The notes: a model not told the origin generated them from the sequence alone. A stretch of 64,000 nucleotides of DNA from Opitutales bacterium (GCA_028280845.1 JANQKZ010000014.1:60672-124671), one strand, 5' to 3'; shown: positions 1-7,958, counted from the first letter of the stretch. Numbers and translations: made by a program.

Positions 1-427
1 TATGGGCGTAGTCGTGGATGGCCGTCTGAAGGGCGTCGGCGTATTTGGTGTCGACATTCTGTTTGGCCCGCATAGCTGCAATCATGATAGCATGTACGGC
101 TTTGAGCTGCTCCACATAATTGTCCATGGAGGGCTTGATGCGTTGAGCCAGAAAGTACTCTCCACAAAGGTCCTGAATTTTCTGAGCATGCGATTCTTTG
201 TTATTCACCCAGCGGACAAATTGCTGATGAGACTTGATGTCGCCCGGTTCTAATTTGGCCATTTCCACCATGGCTTTCCGAATCGTCTCGGTATGCTCAT
301 GCATGATGGTGAAGGTCGTTTCATCATCAAAAATTCCGCATGGCACCTGGCAGTGCGCCCCCAGGTGGGCGGAGGTGAGGAAAAAGGAAGCTACAAGGAG
401 AAGCAGAGTCAGAGGACGGTTTTTCAT
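1..427 (-). CDS. sodN: nickel superoxide dismutase precursor (NiSOD); C-terminal end runs off the window
   Basis: Absent from the supplied ORF track because there is no stop inside the window. Reverse-strand ATG at 427..425. Translation is MKNRPLTLLLLVASFFLTSAHLGA-HCQVPCGIFDDETTFTIMHEHTETIRKAM... The Ni-hook H-C-x-x-P-C-G-x-[Y/F] sits directly after a leader, which is diagnostic of NiSOD. Confidence 0.85.
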   Translation of the reverse strand, partial: MKNRPLTLLLLVASFFLTSAHLGAHCQVPCGIFDDETTFTIMHEHTETIRKAMVEMAKLEPGDIKSHQQFVRWVNNKESHAQKIQDLCGEYFLAQRIKPSMDNYVEQLKAVHAIMIAAMRAKQNVDTKYADALQTAIHDYAH

Positions 428-513
428 AATGATTATGGCGTTATGGTTGTGTGATTTTTAGCATACGCGGAGCTTTCAGCTTGTCCAATGCGATTCGTAA
501 AAAGGCGCCTGGG

Positions 514-618
514 ACGGAGGTCGGAAGTCGGAAGTCGGAGGTCGGAGATCGGAAGTCGGAGGACGGAGATCGGAAGTCGGAAGTCGGAGGTCGGAAGTCG
601 GAGGTCGGAGATCGGAAA
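514..618 (+). repeat. tandem heptanucleotide array, 15 units, consensus TCGGARG (locus A)
   Basis: Read directly: acggagg tcggaag tcggaag tcggagg tcggaga tcggaag tcggagg acggaga tcggaag tcggaag tcggagg tcggaag tcggagg tcggaga tcggaaa. Intergenic, between the lacI-family stop (661) and the sodN start (427). Confidence 0.95.
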
Positions 619-660
619 CCGGTGGCTGGGTCTAATTTAGAGTAAGAAGTAGAGATCAAT

Positions 661-1692
661 TTAGACCCTGCCCAGGGTTTGGCCATCTTGCCATTCGCAG
701 GGGACTAGGGTGATGAGGGGGGCTTTGGGGACGCCAAAGCTGTTGCGGTTCATGAGGTCTATGACCCGGATGGCGGCCTGCTCGCCCATATGCCTCCATT
801 GAGGGCGGACTCCGGAGTATTGGGGGGCTCCGGTGCTCATATCGGTGTAGATGAAACTGATATCCCTTGGAACCTGGTAACCCATTTTCTTCAGGTAATC
901 GTAAAGTCGTCGCACGGGAGAGATGACCACCTCCGGTTGATGTCGATCGAGCCATTCGGGCAACATCCGCTCAAACCCATCTTTTCGCTCTAACATGTTG
1001 AGAACCGGAATCTGGTCCTTTTCCGGAATGGTTTCCCGAGCCATGAGGTAGCCAGCCATGCGGCGGTAATTGGTCAGGGATTCCGGAATCGTATGGGTAG
1101 CGTAGCCAATCCGTTTAAAGCCGTGCTCGAGCGCCTTTTCAACAGCCATGCTCGACCCGGTGTAATGATCGGAATCAATCCGATGGACGATGGGGGAGAG
1201 GAGCGAGAATTCAATCCCCACACAGGCAAATTTGCTGAGATCAAATACGATGGATAACTTGCGCTCAAAAAAGTGCTCGAAGACCACGCCTCGAATACCA
1301 CGGGATTCTAAAATCTGAAATATTCGCTCCGGAGTCATTCCTGTTTCACTCAGATGATGGTCTTCTACCTCGTAACCGAGCTGTTGAGCCTGCTCGCGTA
1401 ACCCCTCGCGAAAGTTGAGCAAATTGATATGGACCGGGCGACCGTGGGGGACCCAGTGAATCAGAGCCAGGGTTTGCTGGGCGTGGCTCGGCGTGCCTTG
1501 ACGGACCTGGGCCATCAGAGCGGATATCAAGGGATTGGGCTGGTAGTTGAGCGTTTTGGCCGCCCGGAGAATACGGTCACGTGTCTTGGGGCTGTGGCCC
1601 GGCGTATTGCGCAAGACCCGGCTAACCGTCATTTTCGACACCCCTGCCGCGTCGGCAATGGTTTGCAAGGTCACCGGTTCGCGTGTTTCCAT
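661..1692 (-). CDS. LacI/GalR-family transcriptional regulator
   Basis: 343 aa. N-terminal HTH is VTLQTIADAAGVSKMTVSRVLRN, followed by a periplasmic-binding-protein-like sugar-binding fold. Confidence 0.9.
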   Translation of the reverse strand: METREPVTLQTIADAAGVSKMTVSRVLRNTPGHSPKTRDRILRAAKTLNYQPNPLISALMAQVRQGTPSHAQQTLALIHWVPHGRPVHINLLNFREGLREQAQQLGYEVEDHHLSETGMTPERIFQILESRGIRGVVFEHFFERKLSIVFDLSKFACVGIEFSLLSPIVHRIDSDHYTGSSMAVEKALEHGFKRIGYATHTIPESLTNYRRMAGYLMARETIPEKDQIPVLNMLERKDGFERMLPEWLDRHQPEVVISPVRRLYDYLKKMGYQVPRDISFIYTDMSTGAPQYSGVRPQWRHMGEQAAIRVIDLMNRNSFGVPKAPLITLVPCEWQDGQTLGRV

Positions 1693-1701
1693 CAGGGGAG
1701 T

Positions 1702-1717
1702 TTGTTACGTGTAACAA
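1702..1717. promoter_or_regulatory. candidate LacI-family operator: perfect palindrome TTGTTAC-GT-GTAACAA
   Basis: 7-bp perfect inverted arms with a 2-nt spacer. Lies 10 nt upstream of the regulator ATG, in the divergent region toward the sulfatase gene. Confidence 0.6.
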
Positions 1718-1753
1718 TTCTCCGCAAGGGGATTTTTGGCGGATAGAGGGAGG

Positions 1754-1858
1754 GTGGAAGTCGGAGGGCGGAGGGCGGAAGTCGGATGTCGGATGTCGGA
1801 GATCGGAAGTCGGAAATCGGAGGTCGGAAGTCGGAGGTCGGAGGTCGGAAGTCGGGGG
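1754..1858 (+). repeat. tandem heptanucleotide array, 15 units, consensus TCGGARG (locus B)
   Basis: gtggaag tcggagg gcggagg gcggaag tcggatg tcggatg tcggaga tcggaag tcggaaa tcggagg tcggaag tcggagg tcggagg tcggaag tcggggg. Same orientation as locus A. Sits in the divergent promoter region between lacI and the sulfatase. Confidence 0.95.
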
Positions 1859-2010
1859 GTATTTTCTGAAAACTGGGTTCTGGGGCTCCTACTTCGTTCC
1901 GCTAAGACGTAACTTCGAGGGGCGCGGCGCGGCTCTTCTGGAAGCGTAAGAGCAAGGCGAGGGAGAGGGAAAGGTTGATTGATGGGGGAGCTTGGTGCAT
2001 CATCTTGTTT

Positions 2011-3459
2011 ATGTTTGGTTTGAGGATCCTTGCTTTCTTTTTGGTGTTTGCATCTTCGCTGTTTGCTGAGGAGCGGCCGAATATATTGTTTTGTATCGCC
2101 GACGATTGGGGATGGCCGCACGCCGGAGCATATGGAGATGAAGGGGTGTTGACTCCGGCTTTTGACCGAGTGGCGGAGCAGGGGGTTCTGATGCGGTATG
2201 CTTTTGTCTCCTCGCCGAGTTGCACGCCGTCGCGCAACGCGATCCTCACTGGGCGATACCATTGGGAATTAGGTCCGGGGGCCCAGCTGTGGTCGACTTT
2301 ACCAGAGGAGTTGGAGACCTTCCCCCACTTGCTGGAAGATGCCGGGTACCGCATTGGACATTATCGGAAATCCTGGGGGCCTGGAAAGTTGGATGGAAAG
2401 TGGGAGAAGCGGCACCCTGCAGGACCTAAATATCAATCCTTTGAGCAGTTCCTCGCGGAGGGGCCCGAGAATCAGCCCTTTGCTTTCTGGTTGGGAGCGA
2501 GGGACCCTCACCGGGGGTATCGTGAAGGTTCCGGGGTCGAGAATGGGATCGATCTGGAGAAGGTACACCTCTTTGAGCACTTTCCAGATCATGAAGTGGT
2601 CCGATCGGATGTGGCGGACTATTATCACGAGGTGCAGCGATTTGATCGACTGGTCGGGCATGCGCTTGACCTCTTGGACGAACGCGGGGTCTTGGATAAC
2701 ACCCTCGTGGTCGTGACCGGCGATCATGGAATGCCATTTCCGCGGGCGAAATCCAACTGCTATGATTCGGGGGTGCGTGTTCCCTTGGCCATCCTTTGGA
2801 AGGCCGGAGCTATCCACCGGCTAGAGCCCTATGAATCGTTTGTTTCTCTGGTCGATCTGGCTCCCACGTTTCTAGAAGCGGCGGGGCTTGAACCGCTCGA
2901 GGTGATGAATGGGCGTTCTCTGCTGCCTGTGCTGCGGGGTGAGAAGGATGATTTTAATCGCAGCTACGTCATCTTCGGGAAGGAGCGGCATGTGCCGGGG
3001 CAGGAAGCTCCGGATATGGGGGGGTATCCGACCCGGGGAATCCGAACGGAGCGCTTTCTCTACCTGCGGAACTATCAACCTGATCGGTGGCCGAATGGAG
3101 GTCCCAATTGGAAACGGTCGGCCATCCCGGGAGTGTGGTATGGAGATACGGACAACGGGCCTACGAAAACCTATATAATCGAGCATAAGGACAGCGACGA
3201 GGCGCACGCGCGGTATTGGCAATGGAATTTCGGGAAGCGACCGGCGGAAGAGCTCTATGATTGTGAACTCGACCCGGGACAGCTGACCAACGTGATTGAT
3301 GATCCTGCCTACAAAAATGCGCTGCTCTACCTGAAGGGTCTGATGCAAGAACGCCAGCTCGCGAGCGGAGACCCACGGGCCGAGGGTGGTCCACCTTTAC
3401 CTGACTGGGATAATATGATTTATCTCGGGCGGGGACCCCGGCATCCGGATGCGAACTAG
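2011..3459 (+). CDS. formylglycine-dependent sulfatase (Cys-type), secreted
   Basis: ORF 1975..3459 begins at TTG. The ATG at 2011 gives the signal peptide MFGLRILAFFLVFASSLFA. Sulfatase motifs are PNILFCIADDWG and SCTPSRNAILTGR (C-x-P-x-R). Confidence 0.9.
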   Translation: MFGLRILAFFLVFASSLFAEERPNILFCIADDWGWPHAGAYGDEGVLTPAFDRVAEQGVLMRYAFVSSPSCTPSRNAILTGRYHWELGPGAQLWSTLPEELETFPHLLEDAGYRIGHYRKSWGPGKLDGKWEKRHPAGPKYQSFEQFLAEGPENQPFAFWLGARDPHRGYREGSGVENGIDLEKVHLFEHFPDHEVVRSDVADYYHEVQRFDRLVGHALDLLDERGVLDNTLVVVTGDHGMPFPRAKSNCYDSGVRVPLAILWKAGAIHRLEPYESFVSLVDLAPTFLEAAGLEPLEVMNGRSLLPVLRGEKDDFNRSYVIFGKERHVPGQEAPDMGGYPTRGIRTERFLYLRNYQPDRWPNGGPNWKRSAIPGVWYGDTDNGPTKTYIIEHKDSDEAHARYWQWNFGKRPAEELYDCELDPGQLTNVIDDPAYKNALLYLKGLMQERQLASGDPRAEGGPPLPDWDNMIYLGRGPRHPDAN

Positions 3460-3651
3460 AATTCGTGTCTATGGAAGGTGGATGGTATCTCCCTTCGCGA
3501 AAGCATTGGGATCCATGCCGCCGCCATAATAGGTGAATCGTTCGGTATCCAGATCACTGAGGGTGGATTCAGGAGGGCTCGTGATCCGATCTGATCTACG
3601 GGGGAAGCGGGGATCTGCTCAATCCCGTCGACCCGGGCGACCGGCTTTTTC

Positions 3652-4674
3652 CTACGAGAAGTCGTCGACTTCGCGGTAGGCCTCGATGAGGCGTATTTCG
3701 CCGGCTTTCCCTTTTTCCATGATGCCATGCTCCATGCCGACGATGCCGGTGAAGCCTTTTTCGTGCATGACCTTGAAGATGTTTTTGTAGTTGATCTCCC
3801 CTGTGGTGGGCTCTTTACGGCCTGGATTGTCGCCGACCTGGAAGTAGGGGGTTTCGTCCCAGCAATCGAGCATGTTGGGGATGAGGTTTCCGACGGAGAT
3901 CTGTTGGTGATAGAGATCGTTTAAGATCTTGCAGGAGGGGCTGTTGACCATTTTGCAGACGACGTAGGCATCCTGGACCCGCTCGAGGAAGAGGTTGGGG
4001 TGGTTGTAGAAGTTGAGGGGTTCGAGGACCATAACGAGGCCATGGGGTTCGAACATCCCGGCCATGTATTTCAGGTGATCGACAACGTTGAGCAATTGGT
4101 ATTCCCGGTCGAGGGAGGCGTCGATGGCGCCGGGGACGACAGTCATCCACTTGGCGTTGCAGCGTTTGGCGGTTTCGATGGCCCGTTCGCAGTGGGCTTT
4201 CAGCATGGCGCGGACACCCTCCTGGTCCCGTTCGTTTCTCCGGGGGGCAGGGGAAACAGTCCGGGTGGAGACCACGCCGTTTTCTTCGACCAGCTGAATA
4301 TCGAGGACATTGCCGGACAGTGCTCTGCTGCCGAAGGCACCGATACCGAAGGCGACGAAGACGCCCATTTCCATGCCGAGCTGATCCAACTTTTTGGAGA
4401 TGCGTTTCTGTTCGTCGAGTGGACGAAGCATCATACGATTATCCTCGAGTGCACGGAAGCCGTTATCGTAGAAGAACTGGAGTTCATCCTCGAAGTTGCC
4501 TCTTCCAACATGTTCCTTCCCCATTCCGAAATGGGGGGCATACTTGAGTTTAAACGGAGATTTAGACATGGGGCTATTAGCGGTTTCGTGTTGAGCGGCT
4601 TGGGCAGTTCCGGCAGCAACGGTGCCGAGTGCTCCTGCAGCCAGGGTAGCTTTATTGAATTCGCGACGATTCAT
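3652..4674 (-). CDS. Tat-exported xylose-isomerase-like TIM-barrel protein (hydroxypyruvate isomerase / sugar phosphate isomerase family)
   Basis: 340 aa. Twin-arginine leader is MNRREFNKATLAAGALGTVAAGTAQA. The remainder resembles the AP-endonuclease-2 / sugar isomerase TIM-barrel family. Confidence 0.7.
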   Translation of the reverse strand: MNRREFNKATLAAGALGTVAAGTAQAAQHETANSPMSKSPFKLKYAPHFGMGKEHVGRGNFEDELQFFYDNGFRALEDNRMMLRPLDEQKRISKKLDQLGMEMGVFVAFGIGAFGSRALSGNVLDIQLVEENGVVSTRTVSPAPRRNERDQEGVRAMLKAHCERAIETAKRCNAKWMTVVPGAIDASLDREYQLLNVVDHLKYMAGMFEPHGLVMVLEPLNFYNHPNLFLERVQDAYVVCKMVNSPSCKILNDLYHQQISVGNLIPNMLDCWDETPYFQVGDNPGRKEPTTGEINYKNIFKVMHEKGFTGIVGMEHGIMEKGKAGEIRLIEAYREVDDFS

Positions 4675-4853
4675 AGGCAGTTAGTGTGAAAGGCTTTTCG
4701 ATAGCTGAAAAGGAAATTGAGGCTCGCCAATTTGATGTTAAGGTCAGACGTTGAGGGTTGCTAACAAACTAAGCCCTAGACCACGTGTTCCACCCATTAA
4801 CAGTTCAGCGCAGCTGTCAATCCTCCCATTCCCGGTTAAGGGGGGCCTTGGCT

Positions 4854-5195
4854 ATGCTGTTGGCGTTGAGTTTGGTGTTGGTTTCTTTCGCGGCGTATAG
4901 CCCAGGCCTTCACGGTTGGCTGCACGGAGACCCGTCGGAGGCTGTGGCCTGCCAGGGCTATCACCATCATCATCACGCTTGTACTCACGGGGAGTCGGGG
5001 GAAGGGCCTGTTGGAGAAGAGGAGCCCCATATCTGCGGGGTGGTGCAATTGATGAATGGTGGGATGTTGTTATTTATCTTCGTTTTTTTCATTTCTATCG
5101 GACTGCTCTTCATTTTGCAGGAGCTGATCGTTAGTGCGAGTAGTGGGGCTGTTGTTCGGATAAGGGGGGCACGGGCTCCACCTGGTTTGGGTTAA
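4854..5195 (+). CDS. hypothetical His/Cys-rich small membrane protein (putative metal-binding)
   Basis: ORF 4785..5195 starts at GTG. The ATG at 4854 gives an N-terminal hydrophobic segment, then SPGLHGWLHGD, YHHHHHACTH and HICGVV, then a second TM segment. It lies immediately upstream of the TonB-dependent receptor. Confidence 0.5.
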   Translation: MLLALSLVLVSFAAYSPGLHGWLHGDPSEAVACQGYHHHHHACTHGESGEGPVGEEEPHICGVVQLMNGGMLLFIFVFFISIGLLFILQELIVSASSGAVVRIRGARAPPGLG

Positions 5196-5295
5196 GTGAA
5201 CCGAATTGAAATGCAGTCGTTCCTCCACTCGGAAAGGCCGCACCACTCTTGCATCATGCCCAGGTGTCCTGGGCGTGCCTTAACCTTAACCACTC

Positions 5296-7449
5296 ATGAA
5301 TTTATACAAACTCGCCTTTGGGCTTATATTTTTTATCTTACCCCTGGCTCTCTTTAGCCAGGACCCCTATACGCCGGTGGAGGACCTGGACCCCATGGTC
5401 GTCACCGGCAACGTTGCTCCGACGAAAAGTAGTGAAGTCATCTCCCCGGTTACCATTCTGACCGGCGATGACTTGGTTCGTATTCGGTCTAACTCGCTGG
5501 GAGAAACCTTGAATGGATCGCTTGGCATTCATGGAACCGCCTTTGGGGCCGGGGCCAGCCGCCCGGTGATCCGCGGCTTTGAAGGTCCCCGGGTTCGCAT
5601 CCTGGAAAGTGGTGTAGAAAGTATGGATGTTTCGGATACCAGTCCGGATCACGCCGTTAGCCTCGAACCCTTTTTTACCGAATCTATTGAAGTGGTCCGT
5701 GGGCCCTCCACGCTTCTTTATGGGAGTTCTGCCGTGGGAGGGGTCGTCAACCTGATCGATAACCGGATCCCGCGGGATAACTCCATTGCACCGGTCAGCG
5801 GTGGAGTCGAAGGACGCTATCATACGGTTTCCGAAGGGTATGACATGATGGGCCGATTCAATTATACCGAGCCCAACTGGGCGATTGGAATTACCGGCTT
5901 AACCCGGGACCACAAGGATTATGACATCCCCGGTTTTGCGGAATCCGTTTACCAGATGGAGGCTGAAGAGGCGGAGCACGATGAAGATGAAGACCATGAT
6001 GAAGGGGAAGAGCATGAACATGAAGCGGAGGAAGAGGTGTTCGGAACTCTCGAAAATAGCTTCGTTAAGACCGAAACCAGCTCGGTGGCCTTCTCCTGGT
6101 TTCCCTCCGAAGGCCAGCAAGTCAGCCTGGGCTATTTCATGATGGACTCTCAATACGGCGTGCCTGGTCACGCGCATCACCACCATGAAGATGAGCATGG
6201 TGACGAAGATCATGATGAGGGTGAGCACGATGAGGATGAAGACCATCACGATGAGGACGAGCATGGTGACGAGGAGGAAGAAATGGTGACCATCGACCTC
6301 GAGCAGCGGAAATGGGATGTCGAGGGCGCCTTCACATTTTCCGAAGGTTTTCTGGAAACGGTAAATTTCCGTTTTGCCCATTCCGACTACATCCACACCG
6401 AGTTCGAGGGAGATGAAGAGGGGACGGTGTTCGAACGCACGGGCTGGGAAGCCCGCCTGGAGGCCGGCCACCGCTTTTCGGAAACTGTGCGCGGGGTAGC
6501 CGGTATCCAATATATCGACTCGGACTTCAGCGCGGAAGGATTTGAGGCCTTCGTCCCGCCATCTGAGACAAGGGACTTCGGTATTTTTGTCTTGGAGGAA
6601 TGGACCCTGGGCGACTTTCGTCCTCAAGCCGGTATCCGTTGGGAGCAGCGGGATATCACTGCCAATACGGGCCAGGAATATGATGGCTCGGCCCTGAGCT
6701 ATTCCCTGGGAACCTTTATTCCCCTGGGGAGTTATTGGAACGCTGGGGTGACCTTTGCGCGGTCGGAGCGCCATCCTACGGCGACTGAGCTCTTTGCGGA
6801 TGGCCCTCATGCGGCGACCCGGCAATATGAGATTGGTGATCCCAACCTCGGGAAGGAAAAATCCAACGGGGTCGACGCCGTTCTCCGTCACTTGGGAGAG
6901 GTGTTTTCGGGACAGGTATCTGTCTTTTACAACCAGTTTGAAGACTACATCAATCTGGCACCTACCGGAGGTGAAGAAGACGAGCTGCCGGTATTTCAAT
7001 TCGAAGCGGTCGACGCCCGGTTTTACGGGGCAGAAGTTCAGGCTACCTGGCATGCGTATCACTCGCCGGAAAGCAGTCTGGACTTCACAGCCCTCTTTGA
7101 CATGACCCGGGCGGAGAATACGACCGATGATGTCGACCTCCCCAAGATTCCGCCCGCTCGACTGGGCGCGCGGGGCCGGTATTCCGTCGGTGGCTTTACC
7201 GTCGGGACCACCTTGCGCTACTCATTCGAGCAGGAAGACCTGGCGCCCTTTGAATTACCTACGGATGCCTTCACGGAATGGAATGCCGATATTGGTTACA
7301 GCTTTATCTGGGATGGTGCGCAAATGACGGCGTTCATTCGGGCAGACAATATCCTTGATGAGGAAATTCGTTTCCATACGTCGGCGATCAAAGACCTGGC
7401 TCCGCGACCGGGAAGGAATTTCAGCTTTGGATTTAGCGCGCAATTTTAG
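5296..7449 (+). CDS. TonB-dependent outer-membrane receptor with His/Asp/Glu-rich inserts (ZnuD-like metal receptor candidate)
   Basis: 717 aa with a signal peptide. The plug region is DPMVVTG...VEVVRGPSTLLYGSSAVGGVVNLI, and the C-terminal beta-strand ends in ...FSFGFSAQF. Inserts are EAEEAEHDEDEDHDEGEEHEHEAEEE (5956..6039) and HAHHHHEDEHGDEDHDEGEHDEDEDHHDEDEHGDEEEE (6169..6282). Confidence 0.9.
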   Translation: MNLYKLAFGLIFFILPLALFSQDPYTPVEDLDPMVVTGNVAPTKSSEVISPVTILTGDDLVRIRSNSLGETLNGSLGIHGTAFGAGASRPVIRGFEGPRVRILESGVESMDVSDTSPDHAVSLEPFFTESIEVVRGPSTLLYGSSAVGGVVNLIDNRIPRDNSIAPVSGGVEGRYHTVSEGYDMMGRFNYTEPNWAIGITGLTRDHKDYDIPGFAESVYQMEAEEAEHDEDEDHDEGEEHEHEAEEEVFGTLENSFVKTETSSVAFSWFPSEGQQVSLGYFMMDSQYGVPGHAHHHHEDEHGDEDHDEGEHDEDEDHHDEDEHGDEEEEMVTIDLEQRKWDVEGAFTFSEGFLETVNFRFAHSDYIHTEFEGDEEGTVFERTGWEARLEAGHRFSETVRGVAGIQYIDSDFSAEGFEAFVPPSETRDFGIFVLEEWTLGDFRPQAGIRWEQRDITANTGQEYDGSALSYSLGTFIPLGSYWNAGVTFARSERHPTATELFADGPHAATRQYEIGDPNLGKEKSNGVDAVLRHLGEVFSGQVSVFYNQFEDYINLAPTGGEEDELPVFQFEAVDARFYGAEVQATWHAYHSPESSLDFTALFDMTRAENTTDDVDLPKIPPARLGARGRYSVGGFTVGTTLRYSFEQEDLAPFELPTDAFTEWNADIGYSFIWDGAQMTAFIRADNILDEEIRFHTSAIKDLAPRPGRNFSFGFSAQF

Positions 7450-7518
7450 CAGGCAATCCAGGGAACCAAGGGAATAAATCCCGAGTCAGGGGTTCTGATC
7501 ATAGGACACTGACACAAA

Positions 7519-7680
7519 ATGAAAGAAAATAATACGAACCCAACTGACAAAGGCGTTCGCAGCCTGGCCGGGGACCGACGTCCCACGCTGGCGCGGCGCC
7601 GTAACACCCTTGGACTCAGCCGGCGATTACTCGAGCGGCGGACCGATTCGATCGGATATTCGCTGTTTGGCTTGAATTAA
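7519..7680 (+). CDS. candidate small basic protein (53 aa), function unknown
   Basis: The ATG..TAA ORF is below the ORF-track size cutoff. It encodes MKENNTNPTDKGVRSLAGDRRPTLARRRNTLGLSRRLLERRTDSIGYSLFGLN and is followed 35 nt later by a strong intrinsic terminator. There is no homology evidence. Confidence 0.3.
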   Translation: MKENNTNPTDKGVRSLAGDRRPTLARRRNTLGLSRRLLERRTDSIGYSLFGLN

Positions 7681-7715
7681 TCGTCGGTGGTGAAGCCCAA
7701 AAATTAGAAACTAAC

Positions 7716-7752
7716 GACCTTCCGGGATCCTTTCCCGGGAGGTCTTTTTTTT
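7716..7752 (+). terminator. rho-independent terminator
   Basis: 12-bp stem GACCTTCCGGGA / TCCCGGGAGGTC (one G-U pair), 5-nt loop, followed by T8. Confidence 0.85.
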
Positions 7753-7958
7753 GTGTGGGGGAGGGATACTGGCTAGTCGAAGTTTGGGATTAACAGTAGA
7801 ATCGAATTTTCAAGGGGGTAGGGCGAGCCGTTAAGGTATGCGAAATAGACATTCTGCGACTGGACGAGGGCGTCCAGCCCTACCTCTAATTTCAAATATC
7901 AGTCAACCCCAGGGGATAGGGCTGGGGGGTAAGATAAAGAATAGGCGTAAGAGAGAGA

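Noticed and set aside
441-686. ORFs reading through heptamer array A (441..686 minus, 451..645 plus), encoding SDFRSPT / SEVGGRK-type repeats
   Set aside because: They are translation artefacts of a 7-nt tandem repeat. All three frames give repeat peptides, there are no flanking domains, and they overlap the lacI 3' end.
514-1858. Interpreting the repeat arrays as CRISPR
   Set aside because: The units are 7 nt, directly abutting, with no spacers. No cas genes are present in the window.
1683-2262. ORFs 1683..1949 (+) and 1705..2262 (-) across heptamer array B
   Set aside because: Same artefact as at array A. They also overlap the well-supported sulfatase N-terminus and the lacI start.
3627-3651. 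Weak stem (CCGTCGACC/GGCGACCGG) plus CTTTTT as a terminator for the first sulfatase
   Set aside because: The arms are not properly complementary without a bulge, and the element overlaps the stop region of the convergent isomerase gene.
5899-7062. 387-aa minus-strand ORF
   Set aside because: It is antisense to the TonB-dependent receptor. It includes the reverse translation of the His/Asp-rich repeat (MVFILIVL...) and has no independent support.
7817-7884. tRNA interpretation of the nested inverted repeat
   Set aside because: The inner hairpin has a 4-nt loop (not a 7-nt T or anticodon loop). There is no GTTCRANYC T-loop, and there is no D-arm or anticodon-arm geometry on either strand.
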